Below the pieces are notes generated by a model. That model ran no database searches. It was not told the DNA's origin and was given only the letters and a program-made list of their open reading frames with translations. From Euglena gracilis (lineage: Eukaryota), in assembly GCA_039621445.1 (NCBI GenBank), contig CP154954.1, positions 31,520,012-31,584,011 of the forward strand: a stretch of DNA of 64,000 nucleotides, given 5' to 3'. The position numbers and the translations under genes are program-made. Shown here piece after piece: positions 52,098-62,967 of the stretch. The stretch's first letter is position 1. Every line of letters begins with the position of its first letter.

Positions 52098-52392
52098 GCA
52101 TACATATTCACATGTGTACACATACCATGCCCCCCCATATAAGACCCCCCCCCCCCGCCGGCCGAAGGCCGGCCCTTTGGCCGGGACCGACCCCCCCCCC
52201 ATAAAAGACCCCCCCATACAAGACCCCCCTAGAATTTTGGCTCCCGAGGGGGGGGGGTTATATGGGGGGGGGGGGGGGGGCATGGTATGTTGTTTATATT
52301 TCGGACCTTTCCAGCCAACCCCGTGTCCGCCAGCCGTTTGATGGTGGTGGGTTTGCCCCCCCCCCACATCTCACATCTCGGGGGCCGGGGCC

Positions 52393-52494
52393 ACCCTGCG
52401 CCTGTACCTGAGGGCGGGCCACCTGGGGCCGGAGGGCCTGCGGCTGGTGGCGGAGGGCTGGGGCCCGGCGCTGCAGGACCTGGAGCTGGACGTG
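52393..52494 (+). CDS. F-box-like/LRR protein exon 4, encoded on the opposite strand (TLRLYLRAGHLGPEGLRLVAEGWGPALQDLELDV)
   Basis: 102 nt, clear LRR, CTG/GAG/GGC codon bias on +; flanked on + by CGGGGGCCG-GGGCC| and |GGC-CAGGGCCGC, complementary to minus-strand intron ends next to exons 3 and 5. Confidence 0.85.
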
Positions 52495-53115
52495 GGCCAG
52501 GGCCGCTGCTGGCCCGGCGTTGGGGGCTGGAGCGCTGGTGCGGCAGACGAGGAACGAGACGCCGGGCTTCTTTTTGAGCACTCCCAGGGGGTGGTCGACC
52601 CACGCCAACTCACAGGTTGGCCAGAAACGAAGGCCTGAAAACTTCCCATCCTGAAGATATGAAACGCCCTGAGTTTGTCCGTTTTCCGGGGGGGCAGGAA
52701 GGCCTGGAAGGGGGAGAGGGTCTGCCCCCAGGAGGTGGAGGAACCCCTCACTAACCAATTGGCACTACAACCACCCCAACCAATTTGCAAGACAAAGTTC
52801 ATTTGGCACCGCAGGTATTTTGGTGTGGGGGGAGGGGTTGTCTGCCCTGAAGGGGATGGATGGGGGGAGGGAAGGGCGGACCCCCTCCCACCCATTGGGA
52901 TTCAGGATCCAGGATTCCCATTCAGCCCTGTGGGGCGGGGGCTGTGGGGGGGGGGGGGGGCGGTCACATGGAAAAGTTAATGCCATACAGCAGCATGGTG
53001 TGTGAGGTGTGGCTCTTGTGTCCCAAAGCAGACAGGTAGCATGTCAGCCGCCGCTCTTCTGGAAGGTCTTCCACTCCCAGGGCAAGGCGGACCTCGGGCA
53101 CCGCGGGGGCCGACC

Positions 53116-53190
53116 GGAGAGGGCGGGGCCGGCGCCAAGCGCAGCCAGCGCGGTCGCCCCGCGGCGCCCCATGTAGCTGTCCTGGGTGTC
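53116..53190 (-). CDS. F-box-like/LRR protein exon 3 (DTQDSYMGRRGATALAALGAGPALS)
   Basis: 75 nt; continues LRR spacing from exon 2; followed by GGT-CGGCCCCCG intron start. Confidence 0.75.
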
Positions 53191-53991
53191 GACCGGCCCC
53201 ACGCCCCGGGGAAAACCCCCGCAACCCCCCCCCCTTTTCACTCCCTGGCCCTGGATGGGGTAAAACCCCCTAATTGAAGCGCAGGGCCGTGACAAGCGCA
53301 GGGTCCAAATAAAAGCGCACCCCCCCCACCGCCAAACTGCCAAAGCGGCGGTCCGCTACAAGTGCACCCCCATTTTTTGATGGGATATCTAAAGGAAATC
53401 AAAAAAATCGCGCAGGTGGGGTCCAAATAGAAGCGCACCCCCCGCCGCCAGAGGCAGCGGTCCGCAATAAGTGCACCCGTGCTTCTATTACGGGGGGGGG
53501 GGGTTAGTGGCTGGCTCCCTACGGATGGGTGGCAGACGGGTGTGGCCAGCAGTGTTCTCTGGAGGGATGTGTTCTGGGGGGTGGGGGGAGGGAAGGCATG
53601 CTGCCCACCCGCCAGCCATAGGGTTTCCTTTCCTGGAAACTCATTCAGCCCTTGATGGGAGGAGCAGGTTTGCTGCGGTTGTTCGGCCCCGGGATCAAGG
53701 TTCCAAGTCAAAGTTGGTGGCTGGTGGCGGGGGGGGGGGGGGTGGTAAGTGCCCGACTTGATCAGGGTGGAACTGGGGGAGGACACGGGGGGGGGGGGGG
53801 GGGGCTGCTTTCGCAGAATGGTCCAGAGCCAACCAGTCAAATGGGAGGTGGCAGCCACTGGTTTCTTGTACCAGATCAACAAAGCAAAGAAAATGAGTGA
53901 ATGAAATGAGTGAATAATACGAGTGAACAATCATACATCAATCGAGGAAACCAATCGGCAGCACGCCACCCCACGGAGAGCGGGGGGCGGC

Positions 53992-54186
53992 GAGGGTCAG
54001 GCGCGCCAGCTGGGCGATGGGGCGGAGGGGGGCCATCGCGAAGGCGTCGGTGCAGCAGCAGTTCTCGAGGGACAGGCGGAGGGCCTCGCAGCCGGCGAGG
54101 GAGGCCAGGGCGGCCAGGGCGGCCACGCCGTCGTCCTTCAGGCGCGCGCAGTGGAGCGCCAGGGTTGGGAGGAGGGCCGGGGCCCC
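53992..54186 (-). CDS. F-box-like/LRR protein exon 2 (GAPALLPTLALHCARLKDDGVAALAAL...LRLSLENCCCTD...LARLTL)
   Basis: RI-like LRR pattern, GC3-rich, 195 nt; flanking intron ends pair in the +4/-6 register. 5' boundary less certain. Confidence 0.8.
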
Positions 54187-54827
54187 GAGGGGACGGGAGG
54201 GCTCGATGTGAGGGTAGGGGGTCCGACCTCCCTGTCAAGGGTGTCAAGGGGGGGGGGACACCCCAGCCAAAGTGGAACAGTGCTTGCTGGGTTTGTGGCG
54301 CAATTATCCATTTGATGGCAGAAATTGGGGACTCGGTTTAACAATATGCAAAAGAACCATGCAGGTGAGACAACAATTGAAAAAAAAACCTCGATCGTAG
54401 GAATACACAGACAGTCGCCAAAGCCCTCGCCTTGATTGTTTTGTCCCCCTCAATCGCCGACGCGAGGGGACTGCTGGACACTTTGGTGAGGTCCAGGCGG
54501 CGCTTGCATTTGGGGCCAACGTTCGCCTGATAGGAAGCAACTCCCAAGATGGAGAGGGCAACACCGGCCATGGGCCCTGGCAAGGTGGATGGTGGACTGG
54601 ACCAGGTCATGGACGACCTCCCCGCCAGAGATTTTTCTGAATTTGGTGACCTGGGGGAGGGGTCCGAATGGTCCCCGCAGGGGACAGTTCGTCTATCTCA
54701 TGCGCAAAACTGCCAAAATGACCCCCCCAAGGGTGGGTTCCCCGAGCCCCCCCCCTGACCCCCCCCCGGGAGATGGGACGAACCGCTGCGGGTCGCCCAA
54801 AAGAAAAGGCCCTCTTCTCCCACCCCC

Positions 54828-54998
54828 AGCCCGGGCCAGCAGCCCCAGCAGCAGTGCCGCGGTGGCCGGGGTGACCCGGTACGCCGCGTGCCGCCGGCCC
54901 ACGCTGCTGCGCACGGCGCGGCACACCTGCCCGAGGGGGCCGGGGCCCACAAAGTCGCTGACCAGGCACCAGAGGTCCCCCGGCAGGGCGGCCGCCAT
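54828..54998 (-). CDS. F-box-like/LRR protein exon 1 (MAAALPGDLWCLVSDFVGPGPLGQVCRAVR...LLARA)
   Basis: ATG at 54998; LPxDLWxxVxxF...VCR resembles the F-box consensus; 171 nt. Confidence 0.7.
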
Positions 54999-56854
54999 TG
55001 GGAGGCTGAACGGCGGGGGAATGGGACGGGGCCCGTGGGGGGGGGGGCAGAACGGGAAGGTCTGGTGGGGGGGGGGACGACCCTCCCCATCCACCACAGC
55101 ATTTTTTCACAGATTTCCATCCGGCGCCGAAGGAGCCGGGCAAGGATTTTGGGGTAGACAATTGGTGCTCCTGGAAATAGGGGAGGAGGTAGTGGGGGGG
55201 GGGGGGTCGACCCCCCACCACCCTGGCTGTTTGGCCGATTCCCATTCTGCCCTGGGGGGGAGGGCAGGCCGGGGGAGAGGAAAGGGCAGACAGGACCAAC
55301 AGACCGGAAAGGACAGGTGGCGGCGGCGCGGTGCGGTGGGATGAATGGGCGTGTGCAGTGCCGGGGGCGCGGCTGGCTGTTCACCTGGCCAAGGCACATG
55401 AAAAGGGCTTGTGCATGGCCGGAGGCAACGGGGCAAAACGTGTGCGCACTCCGCATATTAAAATGGGGGGGCATTCTGCTGAACTCCTGCCTCTTCTGGT
55501 TTCAATGGTCGTTTCTCAAGCAGTTGCGTTAAAATTCGGAAAGCAGTTGGATGCCTTCTTCATCCTATCCATGCTGCCTCCAACCCTGGCTGTTTTTTGC
55601 ACAAAATCACTTTAATTACGTCTTGCGGCTGGCAAAAGTTAGCAGGATGAGTCCGAATCCTGGCACCTGGCGCTGGAAGCGTTCGCTTTCTTGAAAATTA
55701 AGGGAAAGAATTCAGAAGATCCGCTATCGTCGAGGGGAAGACACAAAAAACATGCAGTAAAGGACTTAGTAAAATATTTTTGGGGCCAAATCTTCGCTGA
55801 AAAAAAAACCTGGACGACGAACAGCACCCCCCCCCCTGGATTCCTTTTGAATACCTGCTGAATGGTAATGATATCGCCTGTGAGGTCACAATTCAAGGTG
55901 CCCCTTCTACCCCCCACACATTCTTTGGGAACACTTTGGGAACATGGGGGGAATATGCAACAAGGCTCCTCAAAATATGCAATGCAAAAAAATGCAAAAA
56001 AAGTGCAAAAAAAATGCAAAAAAATGCAGTATGTGTATAAATTCCTTTAGGAGCTCTTCGGGGATGTACACTTTTCCACTGGAGAGGACTTAGAAGAAGT
56101 TCAATTGCTCCAAAAATGCAACATTAAAGGAAAATGTGATGCAAACTTGTGAAATGATATGGTTGATTCACCCAGTTGCATCCACTTGTGTTTCATCATG
56201 CAACCACTGCTTATGTGAAATTGGTCCAAAAACAGAAAATAAGCAACCTCCAGTCGTCTGCTAGTGGAGCAAATTGTTTGTGTAAATATAAACAATGAAC
56301 AACATCAGAAAAGCAAAATATGCAAAAAAAAAATGCAAATATGCGACTTTCACAAAATTTTCATTAAGCAAAAAAATATCCAAAAGTGTGCAAATTTTCA
56401 AGATTTTTGATTATGCAAAAAATTTCAAATCATCCAGGTTGCATAATCTGTTGGGAATCCAACAAAAAAAAATTTCTTGCTATGCAGTGTTTTTTGAAGG
56501 CTCACAGAAGACACATTCGAAGAGGAGTTGTGAATCCAGAGCAACAAACATGTGCGGTGAAAGATGCACAGGCAAGTCGAAACAGCGGATCAGAGCAGCA
56601 GTTGTTTGAGTCTCATGCTGATACCTCCTGGGATGGAAAAGGATGACCTTTGAGACGGCCCTAAAGGAGAACACATTTGGGTAATAGAGCAGCTTGGACG
56701 TTTGGAAACTTCACAGGTCCCCCCCACCCAGGTCGTGTGGGACCACAGGTGGGGGGAGGGGTCGCAAGGGGAAATAAAAGTGGAGGGTATATACATACAT
56801 ACACTCAGAAAGACAGACAGACATATATATACATATTATATATATTTATATTTG

Positions 56855-57346
<492 letters not shown>

Positions 57347-58390
57347 TGCCCGGAATGGCTCAACAACAAAAAAAAAAATGCTTTCATCCATTGCCAGCGA
57401 GATTTTGGGCAGCATTATTATTGTTTTGTGAAAACCTCATGAATTCTAAAGTGGTGTTGAACCCTGGCCCACCAAGAATGCTCTTAAATGTAAATAGCCA
57501 TGGCTTGTTGCACCGGGAAGAGAATAAACCCCGAATGCCTTTCCGTTTTTTCCCATTTTTGTCCTTTCCTATTGTTTGTTTGTGTGCAAGCCCCAGACTT
57601 ATACAACACTGGGGGATTTCGGCACCCACCCCACCCCCATGCATTTTGAGCCAGAAAAATGCGTGAGATCCTTCATCATTTAAAATACCCCTTATCTTTT
57701 TTTGAAACTGCTTAACAGCCACGCTAACAAAACACTTCAACACGTAATGAAAAAGATGTGGCAATCACCACTCACAGCAGGCCGCTGTGAGATTCCAGTT
57801 GACCAAAAAAAATTGGAGTTTTCCAGAATGAAAGGAAATTATTTTGGTTCTTCTGGAAAATATTTCGGTATTCTGGTGAAATCTGATGTCCAGACAGACT
57901 GCAGCTTTTTTTTCTTTGAAATCCATTTGATTATAACGGGTCAAGCAGTTGGCCAGGCGTATTATAACATTTTTTTATGACTCACCAAGTGTGTCCACCA
58001 AAAAACCCAGTCCACCAGCCTTCATTTTCACCATTGCTCCTACACCAACATGCACAACAGAAGCAACCACTCCAGGATTGAGCACTTTGTACACAAAATT
58101 TCTGGCATTGTTTTATATCTGGTGTTATATACAGAATGTTTATCCAGCCAGTGGAAACACTGAAAAGTTCCATGGGCTGTGTTGTCCTCGTATCCTCATC
58201 AGAAACCCTGGGTTGATCAGCATGGACCAATTTACAGATTTTCATCTGCAGCTGGAGAGTGCAAACGGGTGAGATATACAAATATACAATTATACAAGAA
58301 GGGAATACACCCCTCGAGGTTGTAACCCAATTCTTACAGTACACTGCAGGGGCCAGGTTGGGTGCCAGCTCTTCCGAGGTAAAAAAAAAA

Positions 58391-58670
58391 GGAGGAGGAG
58401 GAGGAGGAGGAGGAGGAGGAGGAGTAGGAGGGAGGAGGAGTGAGGAGGAGGAGCGGTGCTATTCTTCTTTCTTATCCTTGATTCGGTCTTCTGTGCTTCT
58501 TCTTTTCCTTCTTCTCTGCTTTCTTTTCTTCTTTCTCTTCTTCTTCTATGTCTTTTCTTCTTTCTGTTTTCTTCTTTTCTCTCTTCTTCTCTTTCTTTTT
58601 ATCTTTCTTGAGTTCTCATTCTTTTGTCTGTTTTCCTCTTGCTTCTTCTTCCCTCTTCTTTCCTATGCTT
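58391..58670. repeat. (GGA)n followed by a pyrimidine-rich low-complexity tract
   Basis: Directly visible. Confidence 0.85.
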
Positions 58671-59709
58671 CGGTTGAATCTTGGAGGGTGTTGAAGCCTT
58701 GCTGATGGGAGGGCTTATGTGGGTTTTTACTTTAGTATTTGTATGTTCTAATCCATTTTTCCTTCTTTCTGTCTTTGATTCCTTCTTTAACTTCTGATCT
58801 AACTGTATGACTCTCTTGTCTTCTGATCCGTTGGGGTCCTGTTGCGGGCTGTTCATTAGCTTCTGTTCTTTCCATCGTTGCGTGGGAGTTTTCTGTACTG
58901 TTCAAATCCCGTGGTTCTCCGCTCTCTCTTCATCGTCATTCTGTCCTCCTCCGACCTTTCTTTTCAAGAGTTGGGGGTCTCCCCACCCCCCTGATGTCCT
59001 GACCCAGGGGTTTGGCGGAGGTGTCACAACCAAGTGCATTGCTTGCTCAGTGCCGGGGAAGAACTGGACCCTTCTGATGCATAATATTTTTGACAGAGGC
59101 GGCAACCAACCGTTCCAATCAACAGACTCGTGGACAGCAATGGCTGGTCAAGAGCAACACTGTGAGGAAATTCCCAATATTCGTGATTTCAAATTACGTT
59201 TGCTCATCACGGTAGTTTCAGGTGCAACGAAACCATAGTTCACAACAAAAGGTATCCCTGGGTTGCGGCGATCTCCACTGATCAAAAAAAAATATCCATT
59301 TCATCATTCTCACCTTTGCTTTCAAATTTTGGGGTTTCATGGCCAGGAATTTTCTCTCTTCAGGAAAACCTAAACCCCATTTCTCCAGCATTTTCAGCCA
59401 TGTAACTGAATTTACAAAATTTGCAAATTCCTAAAAATTTGCAGCACTTTGCTGACATTTCCAGTTGGACTCAGGCCAAGAGCGAGAACTGCACCATACC
59501 AAGGGCGGGTCTGCACCATGATACCCAATAGCAGGGTGGACCGCTCACTGTTACATATTGCTGCATTCCTACCATCGGTGTTGCGTGTCCACGGGCGAGG
59601 AGGTTCGGCAACAGCGCCGCACCAGGCCATCCCGACAACCTGGGCCCCCCGGCCGTACATGGGAACGCAGGTCGGCTTCCGGACAGGTGGGGGTGGCGGC
59701 ACGCCCCCA

Positions 59710-59763
59710 TCACTGACCCCGGGCGGCTTTTTCAAAGACCCGACAAACGTCGGGGGCGATCAG
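59710..59763 (-). CDS. Probable terminal exon of an unknown gene (LIAPDVCRVFEKAARGQ*)
   Basis: ctgatacag| acceptor, phase 0, TGA stop. Confidence 0.4.
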   Translation of the reverse strand: MIAPDVCRVFEKAARGQ

Positions 59764-60358
59764 CTGTATCAGATCAGGGCTGTACGAGAGTCCTGGTGGG
59801 GGGGTCGACCCCCCACCTGGGAGGCCGGGGGGGGGGGGGGTCGGGGTCGGACCCCCGGCACAGAAGGTGCCAGCTGAAAACGTGTGTGGTTGCGCTTTCT
59901 TTTGCCCGGCGCCAAAGGCGCTAGGAGAAATGAGGACTTCGGATTGGGCTGACCCCAAACGGGGCGGGGTGATGACCGGCTTCATGTGATGACCGGCTTT
60001 ATGCGTGACTGGCTGGTATCCCACAGGGGACGGGGACCCACACCAGCCGCATTCCCACTGCAGTCCCATCGCCCCCCAGGGCTGTATGGGAATCCCCGCA
60101 ACCCCATGGGTGGTGGGTGGGGGTCCGACCCCCCCCCCACCAGGCCTTCCCGTATTTCCAAACTTTAGGCCAAAAATTTCCTTTGGCACCTTTGGCGCCG
60201 AAGGAATTTTCTTTGAGCGGGTGCTGTGGTGGGTGCGGACACTGGGGCCATCGCCTGGGGGGGGGGGGTCTCATGGCCCAGGGCCAGAAGTCACTCTGAA
60301 GGAAGAGAAAACAAAACCATCCCCAGCGGGGGACGTGCTGCAACCGCTAAAAAGACGC

Positions 60359-60450
60359 CTGGTCTGCACAGCCTTCGCCCCCGCAGCCGGCGCTACGCCG
60401 CTCCTCCGCGATCGCCGCCGCCTCACAGGCAAGCTGGCGAGACAGTCCCC
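60359..60450 (-). CDS. Probable exon of an unknown gene (GLSRQLACEAAAIAEERRSAGCGGEGCADQ)
   Basis: GC-rich, helical-looking frame; possible CAG|GC donor. Frame and 5' boundary uncertain. Confidence 0.4.
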
Positions 60451-60467
60451 GGCGGGGCCCCGGCCCG

Positions 60468-60578
60468 GCTGGGGAACGGCGTGAGGGGGGCCCGGCGACT
60501 CATGGGCGGTGGTGCTGGCAGACACACTTCTAACCACCGCCCATGTGTCGCCGGGCCCCCCTCACGCCGTTCCCCAGC
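60468..60578. repeat. Near-perfect hairpin: 46-bp arms (1 mismatch), 19-nt loop
   Basis: 60468-60513 versus 60533-60578. Confidence 0.95.
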
Positions 60579-61014
60579 ACCCGAGCCCCACAAACCACCC
60601 AATACAGGTGTGCCTGGAGTGCCTGGGGTGTGGTGGGGTCGCCGGCGTTGCAGGCGACGTTGGAGGTGGTGCCGGCGCGCTCCTTAGGTTTAGAATTGGC
60701 AGCATGGTGGGGCTGGTGGCAGGGGCTGCGGGGGCCTCTGCTCCTCTGCTCCTCTGCCCTTCCTCTTTGCTCTCTCTCGTCAGGCGACAATGGGAGATGT
60801 GATTGGAACCCCACCTTGAAAACGCAGGTTTCGACCATTTTGCAACTGGTCGAAAATGGTTCCACTTTCGACCATTTGAAAACGATCAAAATGGAAGCTC
60901 GGTGCACTCAAGAAATTCACATTGCGGCGAACCTGGCCCGTTCACGCGAATACCGGCTGACTGACGCTGCGGTCCCCAGGGCCGGTGTTCGGCCGGGTCA
61001 CGCAATGGGCACCG

Positions 61015-61131
61015 CCGGGGCCCCGGCCCGTACCAGAGCGGCCACGGGTCTCGCTGGACCGCCCCGGGGGCCACCGGGGCGAGGCGGCGGCGGTACCGCT
61101 CTGCCAGGTGCTCCGCCAGGCTGAGGTCCGT
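61015..61131 (-). CDS. Exon of an unknown gene (TDLSLAEHLAERYRRRLAPVAPGAVQRDPWPLWYGP...)
   Basis: ctccttctccggctcag| acceptor; GC3-rich codons; 3' end ambiguous. Confidence 0.6.
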
Positions 61132-62066
61132 CTGAGCCGGAGAAGGAGCAGGTGATGAGTGGATTGGTCTCTTTGAATGAATCCCAAGGTGCTGGCTGTT
61201 TGGAAGGCTTTGTGAAGGTGGACCCCCAACCAGGAGGCAGAAGACACCAAATGATACTCCCCTAAATATAAGCCCCCCAACTTTAAGCCCATGGTGCCAT
61301 TCGGGAAAAGGAGAAATTTTTGGTGTATGAAACATTTTTTCACCGGAAATCCTCCATTTTGGACAAAAAATGCACATTTTGGGCAAAAATAGGATGTACA
61401 CAACAAAAATTTTGGACACAATTGATATTTAAGTGCATTTGATGGTCAACAAAGTTTGCCAAAGCAACCCAGAAAGCTCGATCCCCCCGAAATATAAAGC
61501 CCCCCCTGAGGGTTATGAAATCCTGCCAAAAATATGTTGCCGAGGGTTTTATACTTGGGGAGGGTATAGGAGATTTGACACATTAAACCCCCGCGCCACT
61601 GTTCCGTCAGGGGGCCCCCCTGCATCTAAACACAGAGGCATGAAGGAGGTAGCACGAAACAATTTATGAGGTAAAAAAATGAGTCCTAAAACTCTGCCCA
61701 GGAATGCAATTTTTGGCACTCTTTGAGGACAGTTCTTTGTGAAAAATGGTAAAAAATTTCGCTCACAATACACCAGGAAAAGAATTCCACGTCACAAGGA
61801 GTCAGAATCTGAACCATCCCGCCTGGTCCAGAGGGACATCCCGCATCTAAACCTTGGACACCCTCCTCATATCGAACTCGAACCCGGAACATACAATTTT
61901 TTACCGACCACCGGGGGGGGGGGGGTCACTCCACTTTTCGAAATACCAGTCAGTCACTTTTTTTCCGGGGGGGGGGGGGGGGGGGCGGCCACTCTGGGAT
62001 CCAAAGGAAATTTGACCAAAAACATGAAAAAAAAAGCCCCAAAAATCCGGCGCCTTCGGCGCCAGG

Positions 62067-62967
62067 CAGGGATCCTCACACATCCGTGCTGGCCGAGGCC
62101 AAAATATATCCGTGATTTTCCGTGATTTTCCGTGATGTTCCGTGATGTTCCGTGAATTTCCTGTTTCCGGAAAAGGTTAACAGAGACATTCCATTCTGCA
62201 CCGGAGCCATATTTGGGCAGTTGTGGCAGCAGATTATATTATGGTCCTGGAGATCCTCCGGCGCCTCGGCAACAGCTGAAGCCAATTCCGAGTGCTCAAC
62301 CCCCAAGTTAAGCCCTTTGCAATCCAACTGAACGCATGCTACAACGCAGATCTTCCCTTGCATACCCAACAAAATGTTTATGGTTGCATGCCCAGTCCTG
62401 TCAGTCCATTCATCAATTCCTATCCACACCTGAATGTGAAATAAAAAAACGTACAGGAGGGAAAAAACAACCTTTTTGACCTTGAATTTTTTTGATTGCC
62501 CCTAAATGGGTTGCCAAAACCCTGTCAGCGAACCGATATAGCGATTGACCCTTCTGGATGCAGCCTGAGCGGAAAGGTGGAAGGTCACTTTCTGAAGAAG
62601 CAAAAACCCACACGTCCTCAATTTGTGTGTATTTCTGGAGAACACCTCTGTTGCTCTTGTGGTCCAATTTTGTGACCGGGAGACCAGAATGGAGGAAAGC
62701 GGCCACAAAATCATCTGTGATTGTCTGAATGAGGTTTTGCTTGATTGTCTGTTTGGAAAGGCAGATAATTTGCAAAACATCCCATCAAAATGCATCTGCA
62801 CAAACAAAGCACATTCAAAAAAAGACCCAAAATTTTTTGTGAACCCTCCACCTTATCTGTGAATTTCCATAAATTTCCGTGATTTCCGTGAGAATGGCCT
62901 TCCGCCCATTTCCGTGATCCTCCGTGAATTTCCGTGAATTTCCTTTTCAGGACGGTGAGGATCCCTG
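62067..62967 (-). mobile_element. Internally deleted hAT-like DNA transposon with transposase relic
   Basis: TIR CAGGGATCCTCAC / GTGAGGATCCCTG; flanking duplication CGCCAGG; subterminal TCCGTGA repeats; DDFVAAFLHSGLPVTKLDH and WIGIDEWTDRTGHATINIL resemble the hAT (DUF659-type) first catalytic Asp region. Confidence 0.75.

Noticed and set aside
52294-52758. Minus-strand ORF (AHVQLQVLQRRAPALRHQPQ...) as the true exon 4
   Set aside because: It is the antisense shadow of CTG-rich plus-strand codons, has no LRR pattern and lacks pairing partners for the neighbouring intron ends.
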